From the IMG/VR virus record IMGVR_UViG_3300029319_000002, positions 32,001-96,000 of that record: a DNA stretch of 64,000 nt. The stretch is one strand, 5' to 3'. Every line of letters begins with the position of its first letter. Position 1 is the stretch's first letter. The DNA is from a virus. The notes below the pieces were generated by a model, which did no database searches, was not told where the DNA came from, and saw only the letters and a program-made list of their open reading frames with translations. The translations under genes and the position numbers were made by a program. Shown here piece by piece: positions 48,701-57,816 of the stretch.

Positions 48701-51700
48701 CCTCATTGCAATTCTTTGATGTAAATGAACCTAAGTTAGGTAAAGATATTAACACTTCATCCTTTAGTTTTACAAACGATAGTATAGAGATTGACACTAC
48801 AGATTTACCTTCAGAGATCTTCATTTATCCTAAACAAAATGGATTTTCTCTAGGTAAGTCTGGAGCATCTATAGAAGTAATTGAATCTGTATATAATAAT
48901 GAGTATAAAGTAACTGGAATATCTTCTAATACTCAATTTAATATTGAACTTTTTTCTGATCCTTCCATCTTATCATATGGATCAACAAATTCTTCTCTTG
49001 AATATAGTACAACTTCAAATACTGCTTTGGGTCCTATTAATGACATCAAGATAATTAATCGTGGATCACTATTTTTATTCCCTACAGGCATTGCCACAGT
49101 AAAATCCAAAACTGGAAATAATTCTATTATCAATTATGAACTAGAAAAAAGTGATGAGGGAACAAATGTAACTCGTCTAATAAATTCGATTTATGATTTT
49201 ACATCTGATAAAACATATACATTAAATGCAGATGTTCCTTCAATTGTATCTGTAAGATCTAATAACAAAATCGTAGGAATAAGAGTAACTGATTCTGGTC
49301 GTGGATATATTGAACCTCCTAAAGTTAAGATTTTGAATCAACCAGATATCTATTCAATATCTAATTTATCTGGAAATTCTGTGGGGTCTGTTAATCTAAT
49401 TTCAAAGAATAATGGAATTCTATCAGATTCTGTTACTGTCTTTGCAGATTTTCATACCAATGGTGTACAAGTCACTAGGGTAACAGTAGAAGCAGATAAT
49501 ACCAGTATTAATTTATTCATAAAAGAACCAAATAATGGATTTTCTGAATTTCCATTCGCATTAAATGATGAAATCTATGTTGATGGAATTGTAGCAGAAT
49601 CGGATAGCGGAACTGGATTTAATTCAAGTGATTATGATTTTAGATTCTTTAAAGTAATTGGAATAACAACAACTCCAGGATCTGCTAATGTAAGATATTC
49701 AATTGCAGGGACAGCACAGACTGCAGGAACTTTTGATTCTCTTAAATCTTATGGTAGAGTAATTAAAAAAGAAGATCTTGCAAAATTTGAAGCCTTGTTA
49801 GAGTCTTCAAATTACACTCCCGGTGAAATTATTACCAGCAATAGTGGATTTTCTGGAAAAATTGCTAATGATGGATGGAACTCTAAAAATAAAATTTTAT
49901 CCATAATTGAACAAAATGGTGAATTATCTGTCGGAGATGTATTAACGGGAGCAGAATCTGGTGCAAAATCCATAATTAATTCTACAACCGATTACCAGTC
50001 AACTATAGTTAGAAACTCATTATCAAAAAATGAAATTGATGTCGAAGATGGAATAGGTAATTTAAATGAGGAGGATCAAGTTCTTCCCGATAACTTCTAC
50101 CATCAATCTTTTGCATATGATATTATTTCTGATGTATCTCTAGACAAATGGGAAAGTACGGTAAGTAGTATTAATCATATTTCAGGATTTGAAAAATTCG
50201 GAACTTTTGTTGTAAATAATGACGTTGGTATAGGAGTTAGTTTTGGTGAGGGAAGCGCACAATCTAGTATTGTTGTCGTAAATGAATTAGTTAATCTTAA
50301 TACAACATATCAATTTGATTTAGCAAGTGAAAATATTATAGACACAGGACTATTTTCATTATCCAACGAAATTGCATTTAATTCTAGGAGAATAACAGAT
50401 AGTATCGAAGCAAAAACTAATCGTGCTGTACTGATTGATGATATATCACCAAATTTTACAGGTGAGTATGATGCAGATGATGGAGGACAATTTGTTGGTG
50501 TAACTTCATTTAGACTGACTACTAGTGAAACTGGAATTACTACATCGTTATTCGTCAAATATTTTGATTCTGCTGCAACTACTGTTGTTAGTGTTAGTGA
50601 TGATAAGATTACTATTCCATCTCATAACTTTAGTACAGGTGAACTTCTTGAATATAGTGTAGAAGGTGGAACACTTATTTCTATCGGTTCTACTGATAAA
50701 ACTCTAGCAGGAGTTACAACTACTAAATTACCAAGTCAAGTATTTGCTATTAGAATTGATGATGATAATATCAGACTTGCAGGTTTATCATCTGATGCTA
50801 AGAGTCAAAGATATTTTGATATTAGTGCTGTTGGATCTGGATTACAAAAACTTACATCTACAACTCAAAATACTAGATGTATGCTTCTAATTGATGGTAT
50901 TATTCAGAGTCCATTATCAACATCAGACATCAGTGCATCTATAGCAGGTTTTGTTACATCTAGTACAGAAACTTCTATTCCTTTAGTTGGAATTACATCT
51001 ATTAACACTAATAGTTTGATTCAGATTGAGGATGAAATAATCCGAGTAGATGTTGTGGGGTCTAACACTGTACAGAACTTGCTTACGTACAGTGAGCGTC
51101 TTGATGAGTGGACAGCTGGTAATAATACAACGGTGACTCCTAATGCAGTTACTGCACCTGACGGGACCCGTACCGCTGATCGTGTTTACAACCTAAACGC
51201 AGGTTCAACTTTTGTAGGTATTGGAACAATCGATATTGGTACTACTTACACAGCTTCTGTGTATGCAAAAGCAGTGACATCTGGGACCAACAATAAGTTT
51301 ACTTTTAACATAGGTGGGGGTGTAGACAATGCTTCATCTCAGTTCACTACGACTGATGAATGGCAGAGGTTTACTTTTACACATACGCCCACATCAGTGT
51401 CAGCTGCGCCAACTAACAGGCTATATATCAATAACGAAGGTGACGGTTTTGTCTCTGACATCTACGTTTGGGGAGCCCAACTTGAAGAATCTTCAACTGC
51501 AAGTAGATACATTCAGTCCGTAGAATCTTTTGTTTCCCGTGCATCTACTGCAACGTATGTGGATGATACGACTGGGTTGGTCACTACTGCTGCTGTAGAT
51601 ACTGCACGTTACGAGGATGGTAAACTGATTCTAGAAGATGCTAGTACGAACTATGCTCTAAATTCTGACTCTGCCCTAGGGAGCACAATAGGATCAACTC

Positions 51701-54700
51701 TCGTCGCTACTACGGAGAATATTGTTTCTCCACGAGGTATTGTTGAGACAGTAAGGAAGATTACAAAGGGTGGAGGACTTAGTGTTTATAGAATAGGTAA
51801 TGCAAGTGCTAGTGCCCCTGATGCAGTATATGCAATTAGTTTTTGGGTTAAGATGGCTTCCACCGGTACACCTGGTTTTAATATTGACATTAATGATGTA
51901 GCTCCAACATCACATCCCGAATTTTCACCCGACCAAACTACTACTGAGTGGAAACGTATTGTTGCAATTGGTGGGTTTAGGGATGATGGTGGTGCAGCTG
52001 GGCACAGGTTCTTCGACATTAACCTCACCGCATCCAACGATGTACCCCTTTACATATGGGGTACTCAGATTGAACAAGCTGAATTTGCAAGTTCTTACAT
52101 TCCAACCACCAGCAGTGCCGTAACCCGTGCTGCGGATGTATCGACCAGCACAACCGGTTCTGCAAGTATTGTTACTGCTGAGAGGGGTGTATTAGGTTCT
52201 GTTGCTGGAGAACATGCTGTAGGTTCTGCTACGACCGTTAGAGAGGGTCAGTATATCATTAGAGATGATGTTGTTTTCTTTGATAGTCCTCCTCTAAGTG
52301 GAGTGAATACAGTATTTAATTTTGAGCAAACTGGAATTCCCACAAGTTTCTCAAGAATGAGATTTCATGGAAGAGTATTCAGTAGATTAAGTTATGAAAA
52401 TAATAAAATCTTTGACGATATTTCTCAACAGTTTGATGGTACTGAAAGTGTATTTGAATTACTTTCAAATGGAGACTCTACGGAGGATATCTTCTCATCT
52501 GCTGCAGGTATTTTAACTGGTACAGATGTTAGTAGTGGTGTAATTCTACTGAATAATATTTTCCAAGTTCCAAGTATAGATTATGATCTAGTTGAAAATG
52601 TTGGAGTTGGTGCATCCGTTGAATTTACAGGAACTTCTGCCAAAGAAGATCTTCCTAAAGGTGGTAGAATTTCAGAATTTACTATTGAGAGAGGTGGTGG
52701 ATATCAACCCCTCACTAGAGCAAGTGCAATTATTGATACGTCTGCCGGACAATTATCAGGTGGTTCTATTACAGGACTAACATTAGTTGAAAGGGGAAGT
52801 GGATATCGTGAAGATACATTAGTAACGATTCACAATTCAAATCCAGGAACTGGTGCTACAATTCATGCTTTAGTTGGAACTGGAACATACACTGGAAATA
52901 GTGTAGGAGTTCAAACTTTTACCTATGATAATTCAATTGGAATAGCCACAGTAGGAACAAATTCTGCACATGGATTACTGATTGGAGAACTGCCAAACGT
53001 AAATCTGACAGGTATAATTACTAATATATTCCCAGGTGAAAATAGAATTGAAGCATTTGGAGTATTAGATATTATTGATACTCAAACTTTCATTATAAGT
53101 ATTGGGACAAGTTCTACAAGTTATTCATATTCTAGTGGAGGAAACGTTTCTCCAGGATCTAATGTCGGATTTATAACAGGATTTAGAATTGATAGTGGTG
53201 GATCTAATTATACCTCAGGAAATAGTCTTCTTCCCATTATTCCATCACCAAAATCATACTCTCAACTATCTTTACAGGGTGGTTCTGGAAGTGGAGCTGT
53301 TGGTGATTTAGTCATCATTGGTGCAGGAGGAACAACCTTTACATTTGAACTTACTGATAGTGGAATTGGATATAGGGAAAATGACGTATTGACTATTTCT
53401 GGAATTCCAACTTCACCATACTATAGTGGAACTCACACAGATTTTAGTTTAACTGTAGATAGTACACTTAGAGATAAATTCTCCGCATTCACATTTGGTG
53501 AGATGCTTTTATTTGATGATATATCTTCACAGGCAAATGGTGGAAGAGTTTCATTTAGTTTGACAAGAACTGTTGATGGAACTAAGTCCTTAGTAAGTTT
53601 AGATGCCGTAGATGGGGCAACATTTGATATTAGAAATAATTTACTCGTATTTGTCAATGATATTTTACAAATACCTGGAGTTGCTTATAAATTTAATGGC
53701 GGAACGAAGATTACTTTCACTGAGCCACCAAAAAAAGGATCTAAAATTGCTATCCTATACTATAAGGGATCTGATGAGGATATTATCGAAATTGACATCT
53801 TAGAGACTGTTAAAAAGGGTGATTTACTTAGATTAGATAAGTATGACCCACTTAATCTTGATCAACAAAATCAAAGACGTGTATTTGATATTTTATCATC
53901 TGATGTTGCTGAAACAAATAATTACAGCAATGTTGGACTTGGAACTGATCCAGAATTATTGAGACCGATTGATTGGACTAAACAATCTAGAGATTTAATT
54001 ATTAACGCTGAGATAATTTATAAAACAAGACCTGAATTAATTACCAAACCAATACCAAATACTAATATTATTAAATCAATAACAACATCAGATTCGGAGA
54101 TTTTTGTTGATACTGTTAAAAATTTTGAGATAGATTCTTTATCTGAAATTGATAATGATTTATTATTAGTTGATAATAGTTTTGGTCAATATGTTGGTGC
54201 ATCCGCAACAATTACAGTTTCTGAAAAAATTGTTCAAACTATTTCTGTGTCTGCTGGTGGATCTGGATATTATGATGCTCCAAATGTTAGTATATTCAGT
54301 CCTGTACCTCAGGAAAAAATTACTGGAATTGCCTGGGATGGAGATGATAATGTTGGTATTATAACTTACTCTACAGATACCAATATTGGAGTTAATCCTC
54401 TAGCAGTGGAGACCGCTTCTATTGATGCCGGTGTCGTTGTAACTGTTGAAGATGGAAGTTCATTATCAATTAATGGAGTTCAGTTTATTGGCAGAGAGTT
54501 TAATTCTATCCAATACTCAACATCCGATCAACGATATGTCGTTGTGGGTGATAATGGAATTGTTGGATATAGCACCGTTACTGAAAAAATTAATCACTTA
54601 GTTCAACCTGCAGGATCCGAATTATTCAATGAAAAACTCAACGGAAGTGCTGCTGGTGTCAAAGGATATGGTGAAGTGTATTACATTGTTGGTGATGGTG

Positions 54701-56223
54701 TTGTTGGATTTGCATCTGACATTAAAGGAGTTTATAGTAGAGTTGATACTGCGTTCCCACCTGTTGTTGGAGGTATTGTAGGATCTTCAAATCTCGATCC
54801 CAATACTAAAGTATCATTTACGGATATCAATTTACGTGATATTAAGTATTTTAATACTATTGATAAAGCAGTTGCAGTTGGTGGAACAATCATGGTCAAC
54901 TCTTTTGCAGATCCCGGTGAAGATTGGCAAATGGTTAACATTGACAGCACTCTAGGTGGACCTGGAGGACAGTATCTAAATGCAATTGCATATTATAATA
55001 GACAGGATGCCTCTAATCCAGGAGCACCACTTTCTGCGGGATATGTTGCTGTTGGACATACAAATTATATCTTCAAGAGTCATAGTGGAACAAAATGGAA
55101 TGAAGATGGAACTTCACTATCCTTCCAAGTTCCTCAATCATCTTTACCATCTCAAGCATTAAATAAAAATTTCCTTGGAGTTGCTGCAAATAATGATGAA
55201 ATTGTTGTTGTTGGAACTGAAGGTCTAATTATTAGAGCAACTACTTTGAAATCTAATTCAGATTCCTGGACATATGTTGGAGTAAGTACGACTGAAGATT
55301 TTATTGACGTTGTAAGAACTTCTAATGCTTTTGTTGCTATTTCAACAACCGGAAAAACCTTTACCTCTACTCAAGGAATTACTTGGACAGAACAAAGTTC
55401 GGAACTTTATGGAATCGGTAAAACAATTAATGATTTACTATATGTTGAAAGTTTGGACAAAGTTGTTGCTGTTGGTGCATCTAGTGGAACTTCTGCCTTG
55501 ATAGCAGAAAGTGATAATTCCACTGTAGTTGCAACATTTACTGCTGGAGTTGCCAATGGAATTGTTACTAGTATAACTATTAATAATCCTGGATATGGAT
55601 ATAGTGAAACTAATCCCCCAATTATTCAGGTTGCTCCTCCAATTGCTAAATATGAAAATATAGAAAATGTTAAAGTTGAAGGTGATTATGGTATTGTAGT
55701 TTCTATTTCTACAGTAGCAGGAATTAATACTGACATTGGAATTGAATTTCAATTAAAAACTGATCCTTTATTAAATTCTCCTTTGTATGATGCTTTCACT
55801 ATCACTAGCAGTGGTATTGAAACTGGATATTACTTTAGCATTACTGATTCCATTTTTGCATCTTCTGAGGAATTTGCTGGTGTAGATGAATCCAATAATA
55901 ATATTGTTCTTTCTGATGGACTTGAAAAAATCTATAGAGCATCCTCAGTAATAACTGATACTGTGGTAGGTATAACGACTGTTGTCTCTGACATCAATTT
56001 AACTGAGTTTGCAGACTTAGATTCTGTTATTTCTGCCGTTGGATCTGCATATACTGAATATTCTCATGTTGCTAGGTATAGTTGGGGAAGAATATTTGAT
56101 TTTGATAGACCAAATCCAAAATCCTATTCAATTAAGGTTGGTTTTGGTTCAGATCATAATAATACTGGGTTATCTTCTAATCCAATTGTTATCAGAAATA
56201 AGCAAATAAAGGAAAATTACTAA
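42712..56223 (+). CDS. gp7: Baseplate wedge initiator gp7 (4503 aa)
   Basis: Located between gp6 and gp8; IKDFYSSKGT..SF.ILFRILYG, HSKIVGWAFDGNPIY, DLDEFNGRYCITPEFPDGTYAYF, YHQSFAY motifs. Confidence 0.9.
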   Translation: MYINLEDRKVLIEDVVSGFVPDFILEENPLFLEFLKSYFKSREAFGSDIDIIRNILQYQKLEKLFSIKETTTLSSDVTEFANTITVASTEGYPSRFGLVQINDEIIAYESKTDTQFKNCFRGFSGATELGKYTDRNTYTFKNTNAQRHSSGDVVKNISILFLKEFLFYLKSKYLPGFENVDFYPGVNEELVIASIKDFYSSKGTFNSFEILFRILYGADPIVFLPKEKILKPSASEYINATELIVEVKSGDINNIKGSTIFQESNTILDVEESEGVVFDVNFLESIQIPERFFESGTSSQSGNIITVVSADHGLRNGNSVYIKFSEIDGGGTSESKVYTQVLVVDNDTFQVFSSTSKIVLNQSANINTIIENTNDIYKIKLSRVDGKFYFAGKTLLRKLVSPNDTAVFVDSTVGFPESGSIEINGDTVQYTSKSINAFKGCTGIDVAANIGSQVTSNLTVVSYENGDKAKPVVMRIVDSTTNELSNDNIIVKNNTKLKIKSIGSVESNYIADSFIQNTPVEYEVADVDLISNKLLFKSPHNFLSGDRVDIKDFFAVNENGIRNKLYFTNVLITTNINTPNQIEITQPINPTLDGKKVVVSKSLQFGQVSPDFQNLDKEPANVQRILKDNNKNYYAATSSIPEFLISLNPRSNSTVKTFTTSDGSLVFGSDDSLIFNVNHNYNSGDKVKFIITGSQKSIDQIAYVKKIDQQTLKLSLSASSVDSNDFIDIDSYKTDAGGSNFTVTLIRNEFADRTTEDQQLIRQIRSNNNFGETYDFDMKPYQPFGVLVDGVDLYPPFTTDEINYGKIESITTLDGGSGFDIINKPVGIFTGTTTGIGCSVKIFVEGEIQDILVTNKGKNIKNIPNIKVLGGNNSDVKLTPVLVEEFISKNFSPTKDVSLINDTITFSDGHVFETGDRVKYNLVGIGTSIGISGGGSLVNNSEYFVIGINTTTIKLANTKLESFNGTAINFGNTLGSGSQKLTSVDPKTILDRVDITSPGTFKNHEIAFSTIIEEYPPTKTYSKILKGINQESDYFYYRDHGFSTGDLIQYTSASTVIGGLVNNNYYYIIKLDEDAFRLAHAGSNIESLSKTNFDDNLFVKITSIPVSTGHVFKIPPITFTIEDSMATVVPTIEPIIRGKIKSVTLDSFGQQYGSQVVNLIRSPKLEISKGTGAIVNLIISNGRIDSAYVANGGSGYFNTPNLIVNPGNSSGKFAKLFARVSNGIITAVDVISGGSNYDNTSSVTIETPGSGENFDIQLQKWKVNTIAKNVLNANGDFTNNEYYIIPGRDSTNQIVSSYAPKTLRSKFGDTENRSDSDIAGKSFPHSKIVGWAFDGNPIYAQFGYKNATSTSEGVKRIKSCYTLIPPDTINADPNRPNINDYFIGYFINDYYYDNQIGDLDEFNGRYCITPEFPDGTYAYFSTIGANGKPAFPYAIYGLKDRYSSFNLDYLKSNQSYLQDIQDELVTCTSTYSFKNEITNYPFLKNEINKELLVVQDQNKSILKNLKVVDAGNNYRVDDTVVVENDEIFGKNAKGLITSIKGVGINTITTVRTGISTVFFDIRPNFVRAIVEKPHNFVDRDNVRVIIAGINTSNFTFLNNTYPINVDKPTTTLIESIPNAGVTTELKISDSVESLGIFVDDFIKIDNEKMKVLRVDNDSNQIRVQRNVDGTTIASHTAFSNVNILPSTFDFTTGIQTSIFTQKYNKIYFNTSNVGIGSTTTTMIDFVGIQTQIKVPFKRLYAPSHKFETNQEVTYNFDTVNGIGLTVSDTSDLSQTRTLNNGDKLFVVKYDDDYLGLSSERVLLGAGYTAITYDPGFYFPVSMVGDPYDQSLTFNKLPVGEASELQTTIDTAKVHGLSLNDKIKLNVKPNFVKEYQLFFDTNYNSFKLPNLFVNSGFSSAQNTITFNNHGLKTNDRVIYTEETGDSLGPDFVDGDFYFVKVFSENTFSLGNTKNSILRDDVLNITANSGSYSLSPLDPKITAVRGSKVKFVGVATLPASLQFFDVNEPKLGKDINTSSFSFTNDSIEIDTTDLPSEIFIYPKQNGFSLGKSGASIEVIESVYNNEYKVTGISSNTQFNIELFSDPSILSYGSTNSSLEYSTTSNTALGPINDIKIINRGSLFLFPTGIATVKSKTGNNSIINYELEKSDEGTNVTRLINSIYDFTSDKTYTLNADVPSIVSVRSNNKIVGIRVTDSGRGYIEPPKVKILNQPDIYSISNLSGNSVGSVNLISKNNGILSDSVTVFADFHTNGVQVTRVTVEADNTSINLFIKEPNNGFSEFPFALNDEIYVDGIVAESDSGTGFNSSDYDFRFFKVIGITTTPGSANVRYSIAGTAQTAGTFDSLKSYGRVIKKEDLAKFEALLESSNYTPGEIITSNSGFSGKIANDGWNSKNKILSIIEQNGELSVGDVLTGAESGAKSIINSTTDYQSTIVRNSLSKNEIDVEDGIGNLNEEDQVLPDNFYHQSFAYDIISDVSLDKWESTVSSINHISGFEKFGTFVVNNDVGIGVSFGEGSAQSSIVVVNELVNLNTTYQFDLASENIIDTGLFSLSNEIAFNSRRITDSIEAKTNRAVLIDDISPNFTGEYDADDGGQFVGVTSFRLTTSETGITTSLFVKYFDSAATTVVSVSDDKITIPSHNFSTGELLEYSVEGGTLISIGSTDKTLAGVTTTKLPSQVFAIRIDDDNIRLAGLSSDAKSQRYFDISAVGSGLQKLTSTTQNTRCMLLIDGIIQSPLSTSDISASIAGFVTSSTETSIPLVGITSINTNSLIQIEDEIIRVDVVGSNTVQNLLTYSERLDEWTAGNNTTVTPNAVTAPDGTRTADRVYNLNAGSTFVGIGTIDIGTTYTASVYAKAVTSGTNNKFTFNIGGGVDNASSQFTTTDEWQRFTFTHTPTSVSAAPTNRLYINNEGDGFVSDIYVWGAQLEESSTASRYIQSVESFVSRASTATYVDDTTGLVTTAAVDTARYEDGKLILEDASTNYALNSDSALGSTIGSTLVATTENIVSPRGIVETVRKITKGGGLSVYRIGNASASAPDAVYAISFWVKMASTGTPGFNIDINDVAPTSHPEFSPDQTTTEWKRIVAIGGFRDDGGAAGHRFFDINLTASNDVPLYIWGTQIEQAEFASSYIPTTSSAVTRAADVSTSTTGSASIVTAERGVLGSVAGEHAVGSATTVREGQYIIRDDVVFFDSPPLSGVNTVFNFEQTGIPTSFSRMRFHGRVFSRLSYENNKIFDDISQQFDGTESVFELLSNGDSTEDIFSSAAGILTGTDVSSGVILLNNIFQVPSIDYDLVENVGVGASVEFTGTSAKEDLPKGGRISEFTIERGGGYQPLTRASAIIDTSAGQLSGGSITGLTLVERGSGYREDTLVTIHNSNPGTGATIHALVGTGTYTGNSVGVQTFTYDNSIGIATVGTNSAHGLLIGELPNVNLTGIITNIFPGENRIEAFGVLDIIDTQTFIISIGTSSTSYSYSSGGNVSPGSNVGFITGFRIDSGGSNYTSGNSLLPIIPSPKSYSQLSLQGGSGSGAVGDLVIIGAGGTTFTFELTDSGIGYRENDVLTISGIPTSPYYSGTHTDFSLTVDSTLRDKFSAFTFGEMLLFDDISSQANGGRVSFSLTRTVDGTKSLVSLDAVDGATFDIRNNLLVFVNDILQIPGVAYKFNGGTKITFTEPPKKGSKIAILYYKGSDEDIIEIDILETVKKGDLLRLDKYDPLNLDQQNQRRVFDILSSDVAETNNYSNVGLGTDPELLRPIDWTKQSRDLIINAEIIYKTRPELITKPIPNTNIIKSITTSDSEIFVDTVKNFEIDSLSEIDNDLLLVDNSFGQYVGASATITVSEKIVQTISVSAGGSGYYDAPNVSIFSPVPQEKITGIAWDGDDNVGIITYSTDTNIGVNPLAVETASIDAGVVVTVEDGSSLSINGVQFIGREFNSIQYSTSDQRYVVVGDNGIVGYSTVTEKINHLVQPAGSELFNEKLNGSAAGVKGYGEVYYIVGDGVVGFASDIKGVYSRVDTAFPPVVGGIVGSSNLDPNTKVSFTDINLRDIKYFNTIDKAVAVGGTIMVNSFADPGEDWQMVNIDSTLGGPGGQYLNAIAYYNRQDASNPGAPLSAGYVAVGHTNYIFKSHSGTKWNEDGTSLSFQVPQSSLPSQALNKNFLGVAANNDEIVVVGTEGLIIRATTLKSNSDSWTYVGVSTTEDFIDVVRTSNAFVAISTTGKTFTSTQGITWTEQSSELYGIGKTINDLLYVESLDKVVAVGASSGTSALIAESDNSTVVATFTAGVANGIVTSITINNPGYGYSETNPPIIQVAPPIAKYENIENVKVEGDYGIVVSISTVAGINTDIGIEFQLKTDPLLNSPLYDAFTITSSGIETGYYFSITDSIFASSEEFAGVDESNNNIVLSDGLEKIYRASSVITDTVVGITTVVSDINLTEFADLDSVISAVGSAYTEYSHVARYSWGRIFDFDRPNPKSYSIKVGFGSDHNNTGLSSNPIVIRNKQIKENY
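51070..52160 (+). other. In-frame high-GC insertion in gp7 (two ConA/CBM-like fibre modules)
   Basis: Sampled 60-mers at 51121 and 51541 are 50% and 48% GC vs 32% at 50941; NLLTYSE..APDGT.TAD..WGAQLE and SRASTATY..WGTQIE..SSYIPT..VTRAAD motifs. Confidence 0.8.
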
Positions 56224-56224
56224 A

Positions 56225-56231
56225 ATAAATA
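56225..56231 (+). promoter_or_regulatory. T4-type late promoter
   Basis: ATAAATA upstream of gp8. Confidence 0.65.
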
Positions 56232-56259
56232 ATAAAAAAGTCTTGTCACTTCAGAAATA

Positions 56260-57810
56260 ATGCCAGCCCACATAACTGATCAATTTAAAATTATTAATGC
56301 GAATAATTTTGTGGAGTCTGTTAAAAGGACTACAGAAAATTATTATACCTGGTTAGGTTTACCAGATCCAACCAACACCTTAATAGGTGGTGTTTCAAAT
56401 TGGAATAGTTCCACTCCAAATCCCATTGATAATTTTAAAAATCAAAATGATTATCATGACACAATGCTTTTCTTTAAGAAAATAACTGAAGGTGATGTAA
56501 AAAGAGTTATAAGAAGAATTAATTGGGTTTCTGGACAGAAATATGACATGTATAGACATGATATTTCTGTCAATAATTTGACAAATGTAACTAATAGCAC
56601 AACATTATATTCATCTAATTTTTATGTAATGAATTCTGATTTCAGAGTTTATATTTGTTTAAATAATGGCACTAATCCTGAAAATCCAAATGGAAAACCT
56701 TCTCTAGATGAACCCGTCCATACTGATTTAGAACCAAAATCTGCCGGATCCAGTGGAGATGGATATATTTGGAAATATCTTTACACTATTAGCCCGATTG
56801 ACATCATTAAATTCGTTACAAAGCAGTTCATACCGGTTCCTAATAATTGGGGAACTAAAGATACTCAAGAAGTAAAAAATACTTCTATTCGTGGCAGAAT
56901 TGAAACTGTTTTAGTTAGTAGTTTTGGTAATAACAATTATACTCCTGGAGTATATTCAAATATTCCTATCAAAGGAGATGGAACAGGAGGATTAGTTAGT
57001 ATTGTTGTTGCAAGTAATGGAAAAATTTCTTCAGTTAGTGTAATTAATGGTGGTAATGACTATAGCAGAGGAATAATAAATTTTGATAAAGATAGTGTTC
57101 CTAGTTTGAACTCCGGAACTGCAGCAACATTTGATGTAATTATTCCACCTAAAGATGGTCATGGAAACAATATCTATAGAGAATTGGGATCAAATAGAGT
57201 AATGATTAATACGGTGTTTGATAATAATTCATCTGATAATAGTTTGGATTATATTATTGGAAATAATTTTGCAAGAATTGGAATTATCTACAATCCTACA
57301 GTAACTTCCAGTGTTACTAATACAGGAACTGCTCTTGGAGCAATTAAAGTTAAGAGTACGAATGAAAATATACCAATTTCTGATACAACATACAATGTAA
57401 ATAATGTAATTAAACAGTCAGTTTCTACAGGGACAACTGCTGCTGCATATGTTGCATCTTACGATGCAAACAATGGAATCATAAGGTATTATCAACCAGT
57501 AGGATTAGCAAGAAGTGATACTAATTACGAATTAAATAATTTTAAATTTGTTTCTGGTGATCAAAGTGCAATTACAATCACCGGAAATAGTTCAGGAAAT
57601 TCATTGATTATTGATGATTTTACTGGAAGTTCAGTAACTGATCCAAATACTGGTGTAAATGTTCCTTTTGGAACTGAATTTGTAAATGGAATTGCGAAAC
57701 CTGAAATTCAACCTAAATATAGCGGTGACATAATCTATATTGATAACAGGGCTTCTGTTCCTAGATCCAACAATCAGAAAGAAGATATCAAAATTGTACT
57801 AGAGTTTTAA
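56260..57810 (+). CDS. gp8: Baseplate wedge subunit gp8
   Basis: ITDQFKIINANNFV, W.SG..YDMYRHD, VYICL.NG, DGYIWKYLYTI, YIDNR...QKEDIKIVLEF motifs. Confidence 0.95.
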   Translation: MPAHITDQFKIINANNFVESVKRTTENYYTWLGLPDPTNTLIGGVSNWNSSTPNPIDNFKNQNDYHDTMLFFKKITEGDVKRVIRRINWVSGQKYDMYRHDISVNNLTNVTNSTTLYSSNFYVMNSDFRVYICLNNGTNPENPNGKPSLDEPVHTDLEPKSAGSSGDGYIWKYLYTISPIDIIKFVTKQFIPVPNNWGTKDTQEVKNTSIRGRIETVLVSSFGNNNYTPGVYSNIPIKGDGTGGLVSIVVASNGKISSVSVINGGNDYSRGIINFDKDSVPSLNSGTAATFDVIIPPKDGHGNNIYRELGSNRVMINTVFDNNSSDNSLDYIIGNNFARIGIIYNPTVTSSVTNTGTALGAIKVKSTNENIPISDTTYNVNNVIKQSVSTGTTAAAYVASYDANNGIIRYYQPVGLARSDTNYELNNFKFVSGDQSAITITGNSSGNSLIIDDFTGSSVTDPNTGVNVPFGTEFVNGIAKPEIQPKYSGDIIYIDNRASVPRSNNQKEDIKIVLEF

Positions 57811-57816
57811 TAAACA

